From Octopus sinensis (Eukaryota): a DNA stretch of 64,000 nt. Of this stretch, positions 27,261-40,189 are shown one piece after another. Each line of letters begins with the position of its first letter. Position 1 is the stretch's first letter. Location: positions 69,440,001-69,504,000 of the forward strand of contig NC_043006.1 of assembly GCF_006345805.1 (NCBI RefSeq), in the 5' to 3' direction. The position numbers were made by a program, and so were the translations under genes. Under the pieces are notes generated by a model. That model was not told the DNA's origin, did no database searches, and saw only the letters and a list, made by a program, of their open reading frames with translations.

Positions 27261-29224
27261 AATAATAATAATAAACTGACTTTGATTCTGAAGTCTCTGC
27301 CATGCGCCTCCAATTTCTCTTAAAATCTCACCTTTCATATAAGAAATGTAATTTTCCAATACGTTTGTAACTGTGTGCAGTATAAAGCACTGTGTTACAG
27401 ATACGCTTTTGATATTAACAGTAGTCTAATCGGCAATTGAATTGTGTCAATGACATGAATGCAATTGAAGCGAATTAACTAAGAATAGAGGAGGAAGCAA
27501 ATGCAAAAACTGTTTTAGTTCAATTGAACTAATATACAGTATGTTCGTTTATTGATGTAGTTCAATGCTTAAGATGTTTTGATAAACGAGTAGAAACTGA
27601 AGTGCCGGGAATTTAACCACTTATGGAAATAAAGTCATTGAGGTATTGTGAAGAAACTGGATTACTCAGAGCAAATGCATACATCCAAATATTGGAACTG
27701 CAATCCATGCACTGATATAGAAAGTCTATTACGCTTTGTGATTAACCATTGCTAATATGATATTAGATCTGTTCTCATCACTGGCTTGAGAATTGGAAAC
27801 ATTGCCATAACAGTACATCAGGGCGTATAACAACATTTTTTTTCATTTTACCAACGAGGGGATAAATAGATTATGAGAGAGGGATCAAACTCTTGAAGAT
27901 CTTATATGAAATTAACCATTAACACAGTAGCATCCATCAAGGCTCTGTTCAGCAACTGTCGATGATTGCCTTTGGGATTTATCGATTGACATAGCAAAGC
28001 TTAGATGTTCTGAAATCTTCTAAATCGAAAAGGAACATCTGCTGATAGGAACATATTCTGGATATAATTGCATCCTCTCTTTCGGCGCACCCATTGAGAT
28101 TACTAATCTTGATGACATGTTGCATAATCTTCTTAACTGCTTGTGTTTCTCGTCAGCACAGAGTTGCGGCTAAACTAAATTATGCAGCAGAATAATCGAA
28201 AATTCATTTTTAACTGGAGTCTGTAGTTTCAAGAAATTTTAAAATCCTAAAGAATAATGAACTATTTCCTCCTAGGGTATAACATATCTATTGATATTTA
28301 GGCGTGTCTGCTTCCTGGAATTACCTGCAACAGCTGTCAGCTGATGCTAATTGCTAAACACTTTTTCGTTCATCCATTTGCGTGTTTAGTTAATGATGAT
28401 GCAGGTTGAAGAATACCTTTGGGGTTATTACATCTAATGTCTTAAACACTGTGCTTATAAAAGGTGGGTACGTGAAACCATCATTGCCGGATGGAAATCT
28501 CTTCTCAACGTGGATTAACGTTTTGGCGAAGTAACCAGACAACTGATCTCCCAAAATTACAAACAGCTAATTTTTAAAAAAAACCCAACTCACATGTTTA
28601 TAAACAATTTCAAGATTTTAACAAAATGGTGACGATTTAAAGTAGATACGAATGTGGTTTCAGAGTCTGGCGGGTCACATGACACTTCAACTAATACTCA
28701 TCCCATGTGACGTCTATTGTTACCTAATTCTTACAATATTCTACTCAGGGGTGGGCAAAATTCTTTTGTGTGCTCTTGTGCGTTTATCCCATACAGTCAT
28801 TTGGTATCTCTTAAGAACTTGTTTGATTCTCGAATTATATAAAACGTTTAAAACAGTTGCATCTTTTGGAGCCAAGTTTAAGAGAAATTTTAATACAGAA
28901 TAGGCTGTACGGCACCTAGGACTTCAGCAAACAATAGAGTAATCAGAAACGCCATTCTAGTTTCATAAGTCATTTTCACAATTCTGAATGCTTATTCTGT
29001 AATAACTTTGTGTTATTTATTGATCGTCTTTCAAATAGACGATTCTGCATTCGACATCTTATGGTCATAGAACTGCATTTTACTGCTGTTGCCTTCAATG
29101 CTTGTATGACACAGCAAACTGAGATGCAGCAGAAAGCCAATGATTAACAGATCAATTTAAGGAGTTATGGTATGATTAGCACCACGATGCATCAACAATA
29201 TACATTACATTGTACATTACATTT

Positions 29225-29525
29225 AGAATTGAGTAGTCTTACTGTGACGGTAGGGATGGTAGTGAAAGTTTAAGAGGTGGAGACTGCCTATGGTGCTGGC
29301 TTTAGTTGTAGTAGTGATGGTGATTGCGGTGGTGAGAGTCAAGCTAGTGATGGTATTAGCAATGGTACTAGTGATGCTTTTGTCGGTAGAGGTATGATGA
29401 TAAAGATAGTGATGGTTATTGTGTTGATAGAGACAATGGTGGTATTGGCGACAGTGTTGATAATGGTAGAGGTCATGCAATGGTATTAGTGTTAGCACTG
29501 ACGAGAATGGAGGTGGTGGTGGTGT
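29225..29525. repeat. (GGT/GAT/AGT)-rich cryptic triplet repeat next to an EAAT exon donor
   Basis: Low-complexity triplet composition directly visible. Confidence 0.7.
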
Positions 29526-29560
29526 ATGTGAAAGGAAATCAAGAACAAGTCGCTACTCAC

Positions 29561-29695
29561 AAGAACCAATCAACAACAAGAATGAGGGTGATATCATCGG
29601 TCGGCAAACCAACGGCTGATAGCACAATAACCATGGTCACGAGACCAGCTTGTGGGACTCCGGCGGCTCCAATAGAGGCAGCAGTGGCTGTAATG
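29561..29695 (-). CDS. SLC1A: EAAT exon, HP2 to TM8a: [44 protein letters not shown]
   Basis: Acceptor TTCTTTCATTACAG|C and donor TT|GTGAGT. The exon is 135 nt, phase 2-2, and contains the HP2 motif. Confidence 0.98.
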
Positions 29696-29797
29696 CTGTA
29701 ATGAAAGAATGAAGCGTAAACAGTTAAAAGGAAATAACTATTTTCATGAAATACAATATTCCCTTTCTCCCCCCCCTCTCTCTCTCGCACACACACA

Positions 29798-29834
<37 letters not shown>

Positions 29835-31724
29835 ATATATATATATGCACGCATTCAAAAGGTGACAGGGATAATGGAAGCAGCCAGAGATCCACTCTGT
29901 TACAAAGAGCTTCTTACCGTGTGAGCTCTGTCACGCTACAAGTGTCTTATATACATGTATTATATATATACTGGCAATAAAACACGAGTTGGATCTACTG
30001 TTATTGGCCAAAACATTGAGGTAGGAGGTTGTATCGCGCCCTAATGACAGCCCCTTGCACTAACAGTCAACTCAGAAGAGTTGTCAGTTGTTTGTTATGT
30101 TTTGTCAGTGTGTTAGGAAAGAGCACTTCAGTTAGTTGCTGTTCATCAAAGAGGATAAAATAACTTTGAAAATTTTGAGAATCTCTGAAATTTTTCAGGA
30201 ATAAGTTTCTTGAGGAGGAATAGAAATTACCTTTCTTGACAGCATAGCGACAATATTTCGAATCTTTTTTAGTTGTCTGGTGACTGTCTCAGTTACTTGA
30301 ATTAAAAGATAAGCTCAGTTTGTGCCTTCTGGCATATCGGAGTACAATGTCAAAATATTCCAATCACAGGAACAATTTAAACTCCACTGTCTCTTAATTT
30401 CAAGATGTATCACGACAAAGGGTTTTGATTCTCTCTATTCGTTGATATGAATGAATTTATATGCAACTTGAAACTGTTCTTAAATGTATAAAGATATTTG
30501 TCTAGATCCACGTACAGTTTCTGCCGGTACCTTCTGCTGTTATTTTTGTCTATATAGCCGCGCTTTAGAAAGGAGAGACAATATGAGAGATTTAAAAGAT
30601 TTCTGGAGTTACAATCATGATGTTGGATGGTGTGTATCTTTATGGTTGTTGAGCGAGATTTGGGAAGCACTGCTGTCAAGACAACAATAGCTCACTTTCA
30701 TATTATTTGTATTGAAGAACTGGTGGTGTTCGTATGTGGATGGAAAATGATCATCAACATCGTGAATCATTAGCTCTTTCTAAATAATTATAAAGTCTAC
30801 TACGTGTATTGAGCACTCTTACGTTTGTAAACATGAACATGCATGTGTAATATGTATGTGTTCGTGTGTGTATCAGTGTGCTAGTTCTGCTATAAATATG
30901 TCGACACCTAAAGCTACTTCAGTGAAGTCGATAAAATAATCGATTTTAGTTTTAAAGAGACACGACGAGGGAAGGAGAGGTGATAGTAACCTTCTCAATT
31001 CCTTACTTTTTATTATCAATTTTATGGCCCTTTTTAAGAGCACCGTTATTAATGTTATCAATGTAATCACTTTTGGATTTTGTTTTTAGCTTTTCTTGGC
31101 GTATATATTAACTTTATCACATTTTATTATTAATAAATCGGCTCTTAACCTTTAAAGTTCTTTAGATGCCGATTTTTCTTCAACACTTTCTTACTATCCC
31201 TCTCTCCTTCTTTCTTATTCTTTTCCTTTCTCTTTATCGACTTCTTTCTCTTCTTTTTCTTCTCTTTCTTAACCTCCTCACCCTTCTCCTTTGTCTTCTT
31301 TCTGGTGTTCAAATTTTAGTATTTTTGTTGTGGCTTATCCTATATTACTGATTTCGGCATTTAAATAAGTATCTGAGATTATTATTATTATTATTTAGCA
31401 GTAGTAGTACTAGGTGGTGGTGGTGGTGGGTAACGACGATGACGTTCATTTAATTGCAGTTAAGCCTAGTCTGTTGTGTTAAAAAAAAAAACAAAACATT
31501 CTTTTGATCTTCCTTTTTCGGTATTATCACGAAGATATTTGTGAATGAGAGGAATGGTCTGACGTAACCAGATGGCTTCTCAATAATATTTATCAATTCC
31601 TAATTACCAAGATTTTCTAAAGATTCTTATGCTATTCGCAATTATTTTCTTTCATTCTCATCTTGAGAAAAAAATATTGCATTATATTAATAATTAGATT
31701 CCATGTGACATCCAGGTTTTTTGC

Positions 31725-31769
<45 letters not shown>

Positions 31770-32239
31770 CTAACGGCTCTAGGTTAAATGAAAGAACTGA
31801 TTAAAGAAACAACTGCGAAACTACATCACATGTAACCTTAACTTTTACACAACCAATTCACATATACTGTTTATATGGGTTGTTTAGCATCCCTGTCAAA
31901 AATTTTTTTTTCTTTCCAATGATTATCTGAAATATGCTCGATATATATTTAACATAACACTTTGCATCTATGACATGCCATAAAAAATTTAAATGAAGCC
32001 TTATCTTCTCAGATACATTTCTTACTTTCTCCTTTTTCCCGCCTCTTTCATTCTCTTATAAATTTTGCTCCTATTGATACGGTTTCAAAACACAAACGTA
32101 CAAACATACAAGCGCATAAATATGAATACACGCAAATTTAACATAGCTGATACAAATCTGTTATAAACACAAACACATTATTTAATTGAAAAGCTATGTT
32201 AGTGACATAAAGGCCAAGATTTCTGTGTTTTACAGTTAT

Positions 32240-32522
32240 CAAACTATGATGGCGGTTCCTGTTGCTCTGATCTACGTTACAGCTTGCGCGTGAAATTAAC
32301 GGGCACTCCACAGACACGAATATACTTAACGTAGTTCTCAGGGAGTTTCAATGTGACAAAGAATGTGACAAGGCTGGCCCTTTGAAATACAAGTACAACT
32401 CATTTTGCTCGCCGATTGAACTGGGGTAACGTGAAATAAAGTGTCTTGCTCAAGGACACAGCGCGCTGCCGGATATTCGAACTCGCGACCTCACGATCGT
32501 GAGCCTAATACCCTAACTACAT
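32240..32522 (-). mobile_element. SINE family C, diverged
   Basis: Shares AAGGCTGGCCCTTTGAAATACA and the tRNA-like head (CGAACTCGCGACC...CCCTAAC) with the copy at 4113. Confidence 0.75.
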
Positions 32523-32534
32523 GGTAACATGCAT

Positions 32535-32565
<31 letters not shown>

Positions 32566-32572
32566 GACACAA

Positions 32573-32651
<79 letters not shown>

Positions 32652-32671
32652 AATGGCTTGCAAATACTGAC

Positions 32672-32866
32672 CTGATAGTTACAATCTGTCCGAAGTCCAT
32701 AGATAAATTGTTGACCTGCGCAATGAAAAGAGCGGCAACTGCTTCATAAAGTGCGGTACCGTCCATGTTGATTGTGGCTCCAACGGGGATGACAAAACTG
32801 CTTACTCTGGGGTCAACACCACAGTTATGTTCCAAACAATGCAGGGTTACTGGTAAAGTGGCAGAA
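32672..32866 (-). CDS. SLC1A: EAAT exon, HP1 to TM7: [64 protein letters not shown]
   Basis: Acceptor TTTTTTCTAG|T and donor AG|GTCAGT. The exon is 195 nt, phase 2-2, and contains the NMDGT motif and the YE of the EAAT proton/K+ coupling site. Confidence 0.98.
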
Positions 32867-33530
32867 CTAGAAAAAAGTAAAAACAGAAGAGGTCAATCAC
32901 AACAAAAAAACAATATTGTTAATGGTGATTATTCTTATTATAATTATAATAACAACAACAATAATTGGTAATTTGTTTATTAGTCCTCACACCAACAATA
33001 AATTATTTGTTGCTTCGTAGGTCAGTCTTGATTCGCCAAACATAAAATTATAGATATTTCAACCGTGGCCATCTAGACATTCATTTTATACATTGTTTAA
33101 CATAGCATCAAGCTCATCTCTCCATTTTTTAATACTTTGGTTCGTGGTTTGAGGATCATTCAGCTGATACTTCTAATAGTCGAGAACTCACCTAGATCCT
33201 CTCCTGTTAGCATACAGAGCACGCATAGATCACACACACATGCACACACACACACATACACACACCCGAGTGGGTGGACAAACGAAGGAAAGGCACTCAA
33301 ACAATTTATTGGGAGTTACATGTAGGAATCAAAACAGTTTGATTCAAATTCGTTGGTACTTATGAGTTTCAAGCATTCAGATTCAAAATGGCTGACGATT
33401 AGCATATATTATATATATAACAAAGGATTGACAAAATTATTCTCCACTCGCTGAAAATAGACGCCAAAGGCGCTAAAACCTACTTATTCTTATATAATTT
33501 ATAGATGTATATAATTTTTAAATACGAATA

Positions 33531-33590
33531 TTATTGACAATGACTTCAAAGTTTCGACCAGCTAAGCCATCGTCAGAAGGCATTGTCAAT
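33531..33590 (-). other. Degenerate hammerhead-like hairpin
   Basis: The minus strand reads ATTGACAATGCCTT CTGACGA TGGCTTAGCTGGTC GAAA CTTTG AAGTCATTGTCAAT. Stem I is 14 bp with one mismatch, but stem III and the cleavage triplet are broken. Confidence 0.55.
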
Positions 33591-33708
33591 GATATGTAAA
33601 AGAATAATAAATGTGTACACTATAGTAACTTTTTATATTAATGTAAACTTGATTTAATTATAATTGAACGTAAAAACAAACGTATCATATATACATACAT
33701 ATATACGA

Positions 33709-33870
33709 CGAGCTTCTTTCAGTTTCTGTCTACCAAATACACTCACAATGCTTTGGTCGGCCCGAGGCTATAGTAGAAGACACTTGCCCAAGGTGCAACG
33801 CAGTGGGATTGAACAGGGAACCATGTGGTTGGTAAGCAAGCTACTTACCACACAGCTACTCCTACGCCTC
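33709..33870 (-). mobile_element. SINE family B, 5' half
   Basis: Reverse complement of AGGCGTAGGAGTAGCTGTGTGGTAAG...GCACCTTGGGCAAGTGTCTTCTACTATAGCC. Confidence 0.85.
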
Positions 33871-33903
33871 TCTCTCTCTCCCATATATATGTATGTATAT
33901 ATA

Positions 33904-33954
<51 letters not shown>

Positions 33955-34343
33955 CAGAAGGTGGCTTATTAGCAATTTATTGCCGATAGGCAGAATTATC
34001 GGCGTCACTAAAGTGACTAAGGATACTAGTTAGCACCATCATTCCGTTGCTATAAATAAGAGCCTACAGAGCGCACTTTTCTTATGACTAACAATGGAGG
34101 GAACTCCCTGCAGCATCCGAGATATAGCCAGATCAGAAGTGATTTCGCATTTGATTGACACCTACCCGGTTGCCTGCCTAAGGTTAAGCTGGTTTGCCTT
34201 GTCATTTGATAAGAGTTAACGTAGAAATCCCATACTGATTCCATAAACGGTAAAAGGCAAAATTATTAATAATAAAAGCGTTTTATTCGCAATTTACAAC
34301 CGAAAGGAAGAACTAATAGATGACTCTCTCTCTCTCTCTCACA

Positions 34344-34392
<49 letters not shown>

Positions 34393-34579
34393 ATCAAACA
34401 AGATAGAGACTGTGAATTTCCTCTATGAGTTAAAGATAATGCAACAAATAAATGAATTTTAAAGAGAATGTGTGTGTGTATGTGTGTGAGTGTGAGATGA
34501 CAAAAGTATTTGTGTGTCACCAATATGATTTGGTTGATTTGATGTCGATGAAATGAAAACAAATGCCGTGGAAATATTA

Positions 34580-34967
34580 TTTTCTACACTAGGCACAAGA
34601 CCCGAAATTTTGGGGAACGGGCCAGTCGATTAGATCGACCCCAGTACGTAACTGGTATTTAATTTATCGACCCCGAAAGGATGAAAGGCAAAGTCGACCT
34701 CGGCGGAATTTGAACTTAGAACGTAAAGACAGACGAAATACCTATTTCTTTACTACCCACAAGGGGATAAACACGGAGGGGACAGAAAAGGACAGACACA
34801 CGGATTAAGTCGATTACATCGACTCCAGTGCGTAACTGGTACTTATTTAATCGACCCCGAAAGGATGAAAGGCAAAGTCGACCTCGGCGGAATTTGAACT
34901 CAGAACGTAGCGGCAGACGAAATACTACTAATCATTTCGCCCGGCGTTTCTGCCAGCTCGCCGCCTT
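34580..34967 (-). mobile_element. Dimeric SINE family A with an 18-bp target-site duplication
   Basis: Two family A cores are joined by a ~65-nt linker. The TSD AATGCCGTGGAAATATTA occurs at 34562-34579 and 34968-34985. Confidence 0.92.
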
Positions 34968-35401
34968 AATGCCGTGGAAATATTAAACCAAGGCTATTAA
35001 TTTTTAACGTTTACAACTTAGTAGTGTCGCTTCGAGGAAGGACAGAAGAGGGGATTTATACAGCAGTAACAGTTCATCAAAGAATGAGATGGGTGAATCC
35101 ACTCCCTACTTGTGGTGAAACAATTCTATTCATATGTTATACCTGTTCAAGTAAAAAAGTGTACGAAAAATCAATTGATAACATCCTGTTTATCTTAAAT
35201 CCGGGTTTTCAGATTTTTATTGTGACGTGTTCAATATTTGGACGAATCGCATTCGTGTAGTTGAGGAATTAGATTGGTCAGTTGACCGATGACGTCACTT
35301 ACTGATCTCTAACAAATCCTGATAGTTGAAACTTAACAATACGGTTTCGATTCTTCGGTGTTTTGGAACTGCCAAATATTCCTACTACTACATACACATA
35401 T

Positions 35402-35580
35402 ATATTGGGTCATCCCATAAATAATGCAGTTTTTCAGTTGCATAAACTAAAAATCGGTGGGGAACGGGATAAATTACCTACATCAACTTGCTATAAAAGC
35501 AGATAGTGATTTTCAGTTTTATTCAAATTTATAATACCGTGAAGAATTTTTATTCGAAAGAATCGACGTAAGAACATTTT
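35402..35580 (+). mobile_element. Possible mariner/Tc1 left end (TIR plus 5' flank)
   Basis: TA followed by TTGGGTCATCCCATAAATAATGCAGTTTTT resembles mariner-type TIRs from recall. I found no partner TIR. Confidence 0.4.
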
Positions 35581-35599
35581 TTTTAAAGCTTGGTAACTA

Positions 35600-36000
35600 T
35601 TCTATCGGTATCTTAGGCCAAACCGCTAGATTACGTGGACGTAAACGCACTAACACCGGTTGTCAAGCGGCGATGACACACACACTCTTTGTGCCTTTTG
35701 TATTTTATTTATTGATTCTGTATCAGTGTTCAAACATTTCCCTTCTCTATCAACTGAGATTCTTGTGACTTTTCCCCCCATCCCCGAGGCAATAGTAGAA
35801 TTCACTTGCTCATAGTGCAGTGTTTGTATCTCTGTCCCACTACCACCACCACCGTCCCTGTAAGTAGCGGTTCGGTAAAAGCGACCGATAGGCTTAAAAA
35901 AGATATGTCCTTGGTTCGATTTGCTCTATTAAAAACCCTTGAAGGTGGTGTCCCAGCATGGCCACAATCAAATGACAAACAACTAAAAGAATGAAGTAAA
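35600..36000 (+). mobile_element. Fragments of the SINE family B 3' half
   Basis: GCGGTTCGGTAAAAGCGACCGATAGG...CCAGCATGGCCACA at 35866-35970, plus a shorter piece near 35600-35690. Confidence 0.6.
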
Positions 36001-36042
36001 AAAATAAAATAAAAGAATATAATATAAACAATATGTATATAA

Positions 36043-36415
36043 TCTTTCCTACTCAAGGCACAAGGCCCAGAAATTTGAGGAAGGAGGCAGACGATTAGGT
36101 ATATCTCAGTACGTAAGTGGTACTTAATTTATCGACCCAGAGAGAGTGAAAGGCGAAGACGACCTCGATGGAATTAGAACTCAGGACGTAAAGACAGACG
36201 AAATACCTATTTCTTTACTACCCACAGGGGGCTAAACACAGAGAGGACAAACAAGGACAGACACAAGAATTAAGTCGATTACATCGACTCCAGTGCGTAA
36301 CTGGTACTTATTTAATCGACTCCGAAAGGATGAAAGGCAAAGTTGACATCGGCGGAATTTGAACTCAGAACGTAGCGGCAGACAAAATGCCGCTAAGCAT
36401 TTCGCTCGGCGTGCC
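36043..36415 (-). mobile_element. Dimeric SINE family A
   Basis: Same linker (CCTATTTCTTTACTACCCACAGGGGGCTAAACACAGAGAGGACAAACAAGGACAGAC) between two cores. Confidence 0.88.
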
Positions 36416-37339
36416 AACAATATATCAACATTGTCAGCCAAAGACGGAACCTCTACATGGTCGCTTGCCTTCCTAGAAATAGCCGATAAAATTTCCTCAA
36501 ATCACGAGTAGATGCGTAGGAAAAGGAAGACTGACGAATTAGATAACGTTGTCCTACATACATTATGTTCGCTAATAAGATGGGGAGTCACGACTGATGA
36601 ATTCCGCTTTCTTGCAGCGAAATAAGATGGCGGTTGGCTTTTGGCAAAGTGGGGCTGAAATTATTTCCATCGTCGTCGTTTTTGTTGTAGTAAACAACAA
36701 CATCTCCGAAGATAAAACTATTACGTAATCTAGTTCAGGATATATTAGGTCTTATAATAAGACTATCGCGGTGGAAACTCTTTATCATAAACCTGTTTTG
36801 ACCTATTCAGTCCAGGGGTTATACAACCACAACCACAATTATCTCAGTTCATAATATGACTATCCTTAATTATGCAGTGCCAGGACTTTCAAAGAAATAT
36901 GAATATTTATGAAGAGAAAGAACAAAACCAGCCAACATTGTTAATAAAAATAAAAAAAAACAACGCCACCTTAAGTGTTACGTGACTGATTTGCTTTCTA
37001 TATGTTGTTATTGTTAATGTTTGTTGTTGTTGTTATATTATGGTAACGCAGTTGTTGTTGGCCTGTAGCCTTCCAGGTCAAACCTTATCTAAGAGACTTA
37101 GTGTTGCTATATTTGATTTTACAGTTGTTGTTGTTGTTGTAGTTAAGTTGATTTAGATAATATTGCAGCACAGCATTACCAGCTCATACCTTATCTGAGA
37201 GACCTATCGTTATTATAATTGCTATTGTTGTTCATATTACAGCTGTTACAGCTGGTGGCAGAGTTTGTCTTCTTGTTGTATTACATAGCTATGTCCAACC
37301 CTTTCCAAGAGATGTATTTTCGACGTATTTTTAAAGTGA

Positions 37340-37691
37340 TTATTACCTGCGCTTTAGCGAAGGTGGAGGTATTGTTTTCAGTCGTGTTTGTTTGTCCGTG
37401 GATAAGATATCTCAAGAACCGCTGGATGGATTCGGATGAAACTTTTTAGGGATGTTTGGCCTCATGACTGGCACGAACTAATTAGATTTGTGGATCGATC
37501 AGGTTCCGGACAAGGATTCTGGATTATTTTTCCTGCTTTTCCTTTTTTTTCACTTAATTTCTAGTATTCTCGTTGTGAGAGCAGTCGAGTTTATTTCAGA
37601 TATTCTCATTTTAAAAATCATCTTTGCCTAATCGTTGAGAGGACGTTGGTGTTGCTTTGGCGGAGGTTTGAGCTTTCTGAGTGCTCTTGTT
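37340..37691 (+). mobile_element. Non-autonomous Helentron/Helitron-like element (HINE/DINE-1-like)
   Basis: It starts TTATTACCTGCGC...GGAGGTATTGTTTTC, has GTTTGTTTGTC internally, and ends GGCGGAGGTTTGAGCTTTCTGAGTGCTCTTGTT. The short subterminal inverted repeats and 3' hairpin match this class from recall. Confidence 0.65.
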
Positions 37692-37894
37692 ATCGATACT
37701 TCGAGTTTGTATTTAGTTTGTTAGATTCTTGATGCGAACACGTGCTGAAACAAATTTTCTTGTCTTGAGAGAGCCATTACGCCAATAATGACAACACATA
37801 TATTTAACCAATTGACTTACAATAAAGAAGTGGAACCGAGCTTGTGCGTGTGTTATCATTGACGTAATGTCGTTGTTGTTGTGTATATATGTAT

Positions 37895-38211
37895 TCAGGT
37901 CAAATCAACCAAATATGAACCATTTTGTTGCACAATGCGTCTTCATCTTTCCTTTAACTTGAAAATACCCTCTTCCCAGAATTGAGGTGATTTCATGGCA
38001 AATAATTCATCAAGGTATCTTTTTACGTCATCCGAGGAATTGAAATTTTTACCATTAAGACTATTCTGCAGAGACCTGAATAAGTGGAAATCCGAAAAAG
38101 CAATATCTGGTGAATATGGAGGGTGGGGTAACACATCCCAGCCGAGCTGCAGCAATTTCTGTCTGGTTCCCAAAGCATCAAGTGCCGAAAATGAACTTTC
38201 TTATCTTCCAT
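37895..38211 (-). mobile_element. Internally deleted mariner transposase pseudogene
   Basis: The N-terminus MEDKKVHFRHLMLWE is fused out of frame to the C-terminal GTRQKLLQLGWDVLPHPPYSPDIAFSDFHLFRSLQNSL...KER*RRIVQQNGSYLVDLT*. This contains the mariner YSPD motif. Confidence 0.9.
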
Positions 38212-38373
38212 TTTAAAGGGTTACAGAATTAACACAGGTTATAGGAACATAAACTTTCTTCCGCGAAAAGATAGCTTAAACTGTGCTCTAAATGGAGGTG
38301 TAGTCAAATCCTATTTCAAGGACTCAACCATGTTCTAAAATAAGTCGAAAGTTAAACTACTATAAATCTAATA

Positions 38374-38409
<36 letters not shown>

Positions 38410-40189
38410 TGTGCCTGTGTGTATTTGGTGGTGTGTAGCAATGAGTTTTATCATACCATCTTCGTTTTACGCTGTCTCTAAATAAAGAGATGAACGTTAT
38501 TTAGCAGTTCTACAGAATTATAGCGTAAACAAATAGGTAGACGGGGCTGCAACAGTGTTATGACGTTGCCATATACTGTATATGATTCTTAATGGCTGTT
38601 TACAACAGCTACTGCCGCCGTCGCCGTGATAAAGACGAATACTCATTAGGAAGCTTCAAACAGCATCACACACACACAAACACAAACAGTTGTTTTAAAC
38701 GATTCTTTGATAAACAATCCATTGTAAACATTGTTATCTCGAACTAGATGCCAAATACAGAGCAATAATAATAACAGCAACATTGATGTTATGGATCCAG
38801 TAAATAAATATATAATGTCAGAGATTCTAAATAGTTGCTTGATTTGGTCCGTCTGTCCGTGAGTCTTATCTCATATGGCTCTCTTCAAATTATTTTCAGA
38901 TTAGAGTGAACACAAGCCATCAAGAAAACTTCCAAATAAATCAATCCCACACTCTCTCCGTAATTAGTAGCCAAATCACACCCCCAATGTTCCGCTATCA
39001 TTTTATTTCCGCGGCACTGAAGAAACAGTCCTCCAGGTGGTCGCCCGAACCGCCAGAAACAGACGCCAAATCTCTTTAAGATATATCCTAAATGTAGAGA
39101 AAATTCCAGTGAATGTAGTTCTATGCTATTTGTGAATATGATGGTCACGGATGGAATATCGTTTTCATAAATTTGCTGCATGAAGATAGACGTGAGGTTC
39201 AACAAAAATTACATCTGAAAAAAAAACGAAACAATGAAATGATAGTCTACGTGGGGGTTCATTCTGCTAGAAATAATAGCCAAATCTGTCTAAAGTTTAC
39301 TCTCCAAACATTAGAAAGGAATGATGGATGATAATGGAGTTCTGGCTATACTACGCCTGAATAAAAGACGAGATGATCAAGACTGGATCATTTTTGACTA
39401 TATGCCAACTAAATCTAAACAACAACTAGTCTGGTAACCCCTATTTTCGAGTGGGATCTCTCAAAAATTGAGTCTGTTATGAGAAATATAAAACCACGTT
39501 CAACTATATTCATAACGACGAGGTGGCTACTGATGGAACGCTTTTGATCATTAATCTACTCAGTCAAGTCTCACCTCAGACTAAGCAACAATAAAACCTT
39601 CCAGTGAAGGACCCTAATAATTATTTGTAGTCCCAATCCTTCAGAATTCCCTTTCAATTATGTTCCTAATCGTAGTGAGCCAGATAACTATGAAACGCCC
39701 GAAGATTGTAGACTCATTGTCCCGGCATCATTGGTCGCCGGATTTTGTACGGTTTCGAAAGCTCAGAGTTGGCGTTATACTTCGTTTGAAAACGAAACGA
39801 TGAACTGACTCTGGCACTAGAAACCGATCCAATTTTATATTTAGATTTGCAAGCCAAAAGCAAAATCGAAGTAAATGTCCTGGATGTTTCTGTAAGAAAC
39901 TTAGTGGTCAACATCCACCTATATGGGTCTAATATTGTCTGGCCTTGTTAGTTGGACCAATGAGGCTGGACCGATTTAGTATTTCTTCACCTTGTAGTCA
40001 GTAGGGAATGCAGTAACCATGACAGAATTTTCAAAACTAGTAGGTCGGTCGGTCAGTCTGTCGGTATCCTCAAAGCCGGGATCTGAACTGATTGCTGGTT
40101 GGGTATCTTTAGCGGAGTCCACTCTGCTAAAGATACCTAAGATATCAAGTGAGAGTGTTAAAACAAGTGATAGATTAAATCAACTACCT

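Noticed and set aside
27300-28560. Complex non-repetitive stretch faintly resembling decayed DNA-transposon coding sequence
   Set aside because: I could not recover a continuous motif in any frame, so no family assignment is supportable.
31140-31330. Lys/Glu-rich minus-strand reading frame
   Set aside because: It is a purine-rich low-complexity tract with no splice sites fitting the transporter frame.
38885-39215. Acceptor-like TTTTTTTTTCAG on the minus strand followed by a 106-aa ORF within a transporter intron
   Set aside because: All three frames from the acceptor stop within 16 codons, there is no SLC1 similarity, and the flanking exons already join in frame.
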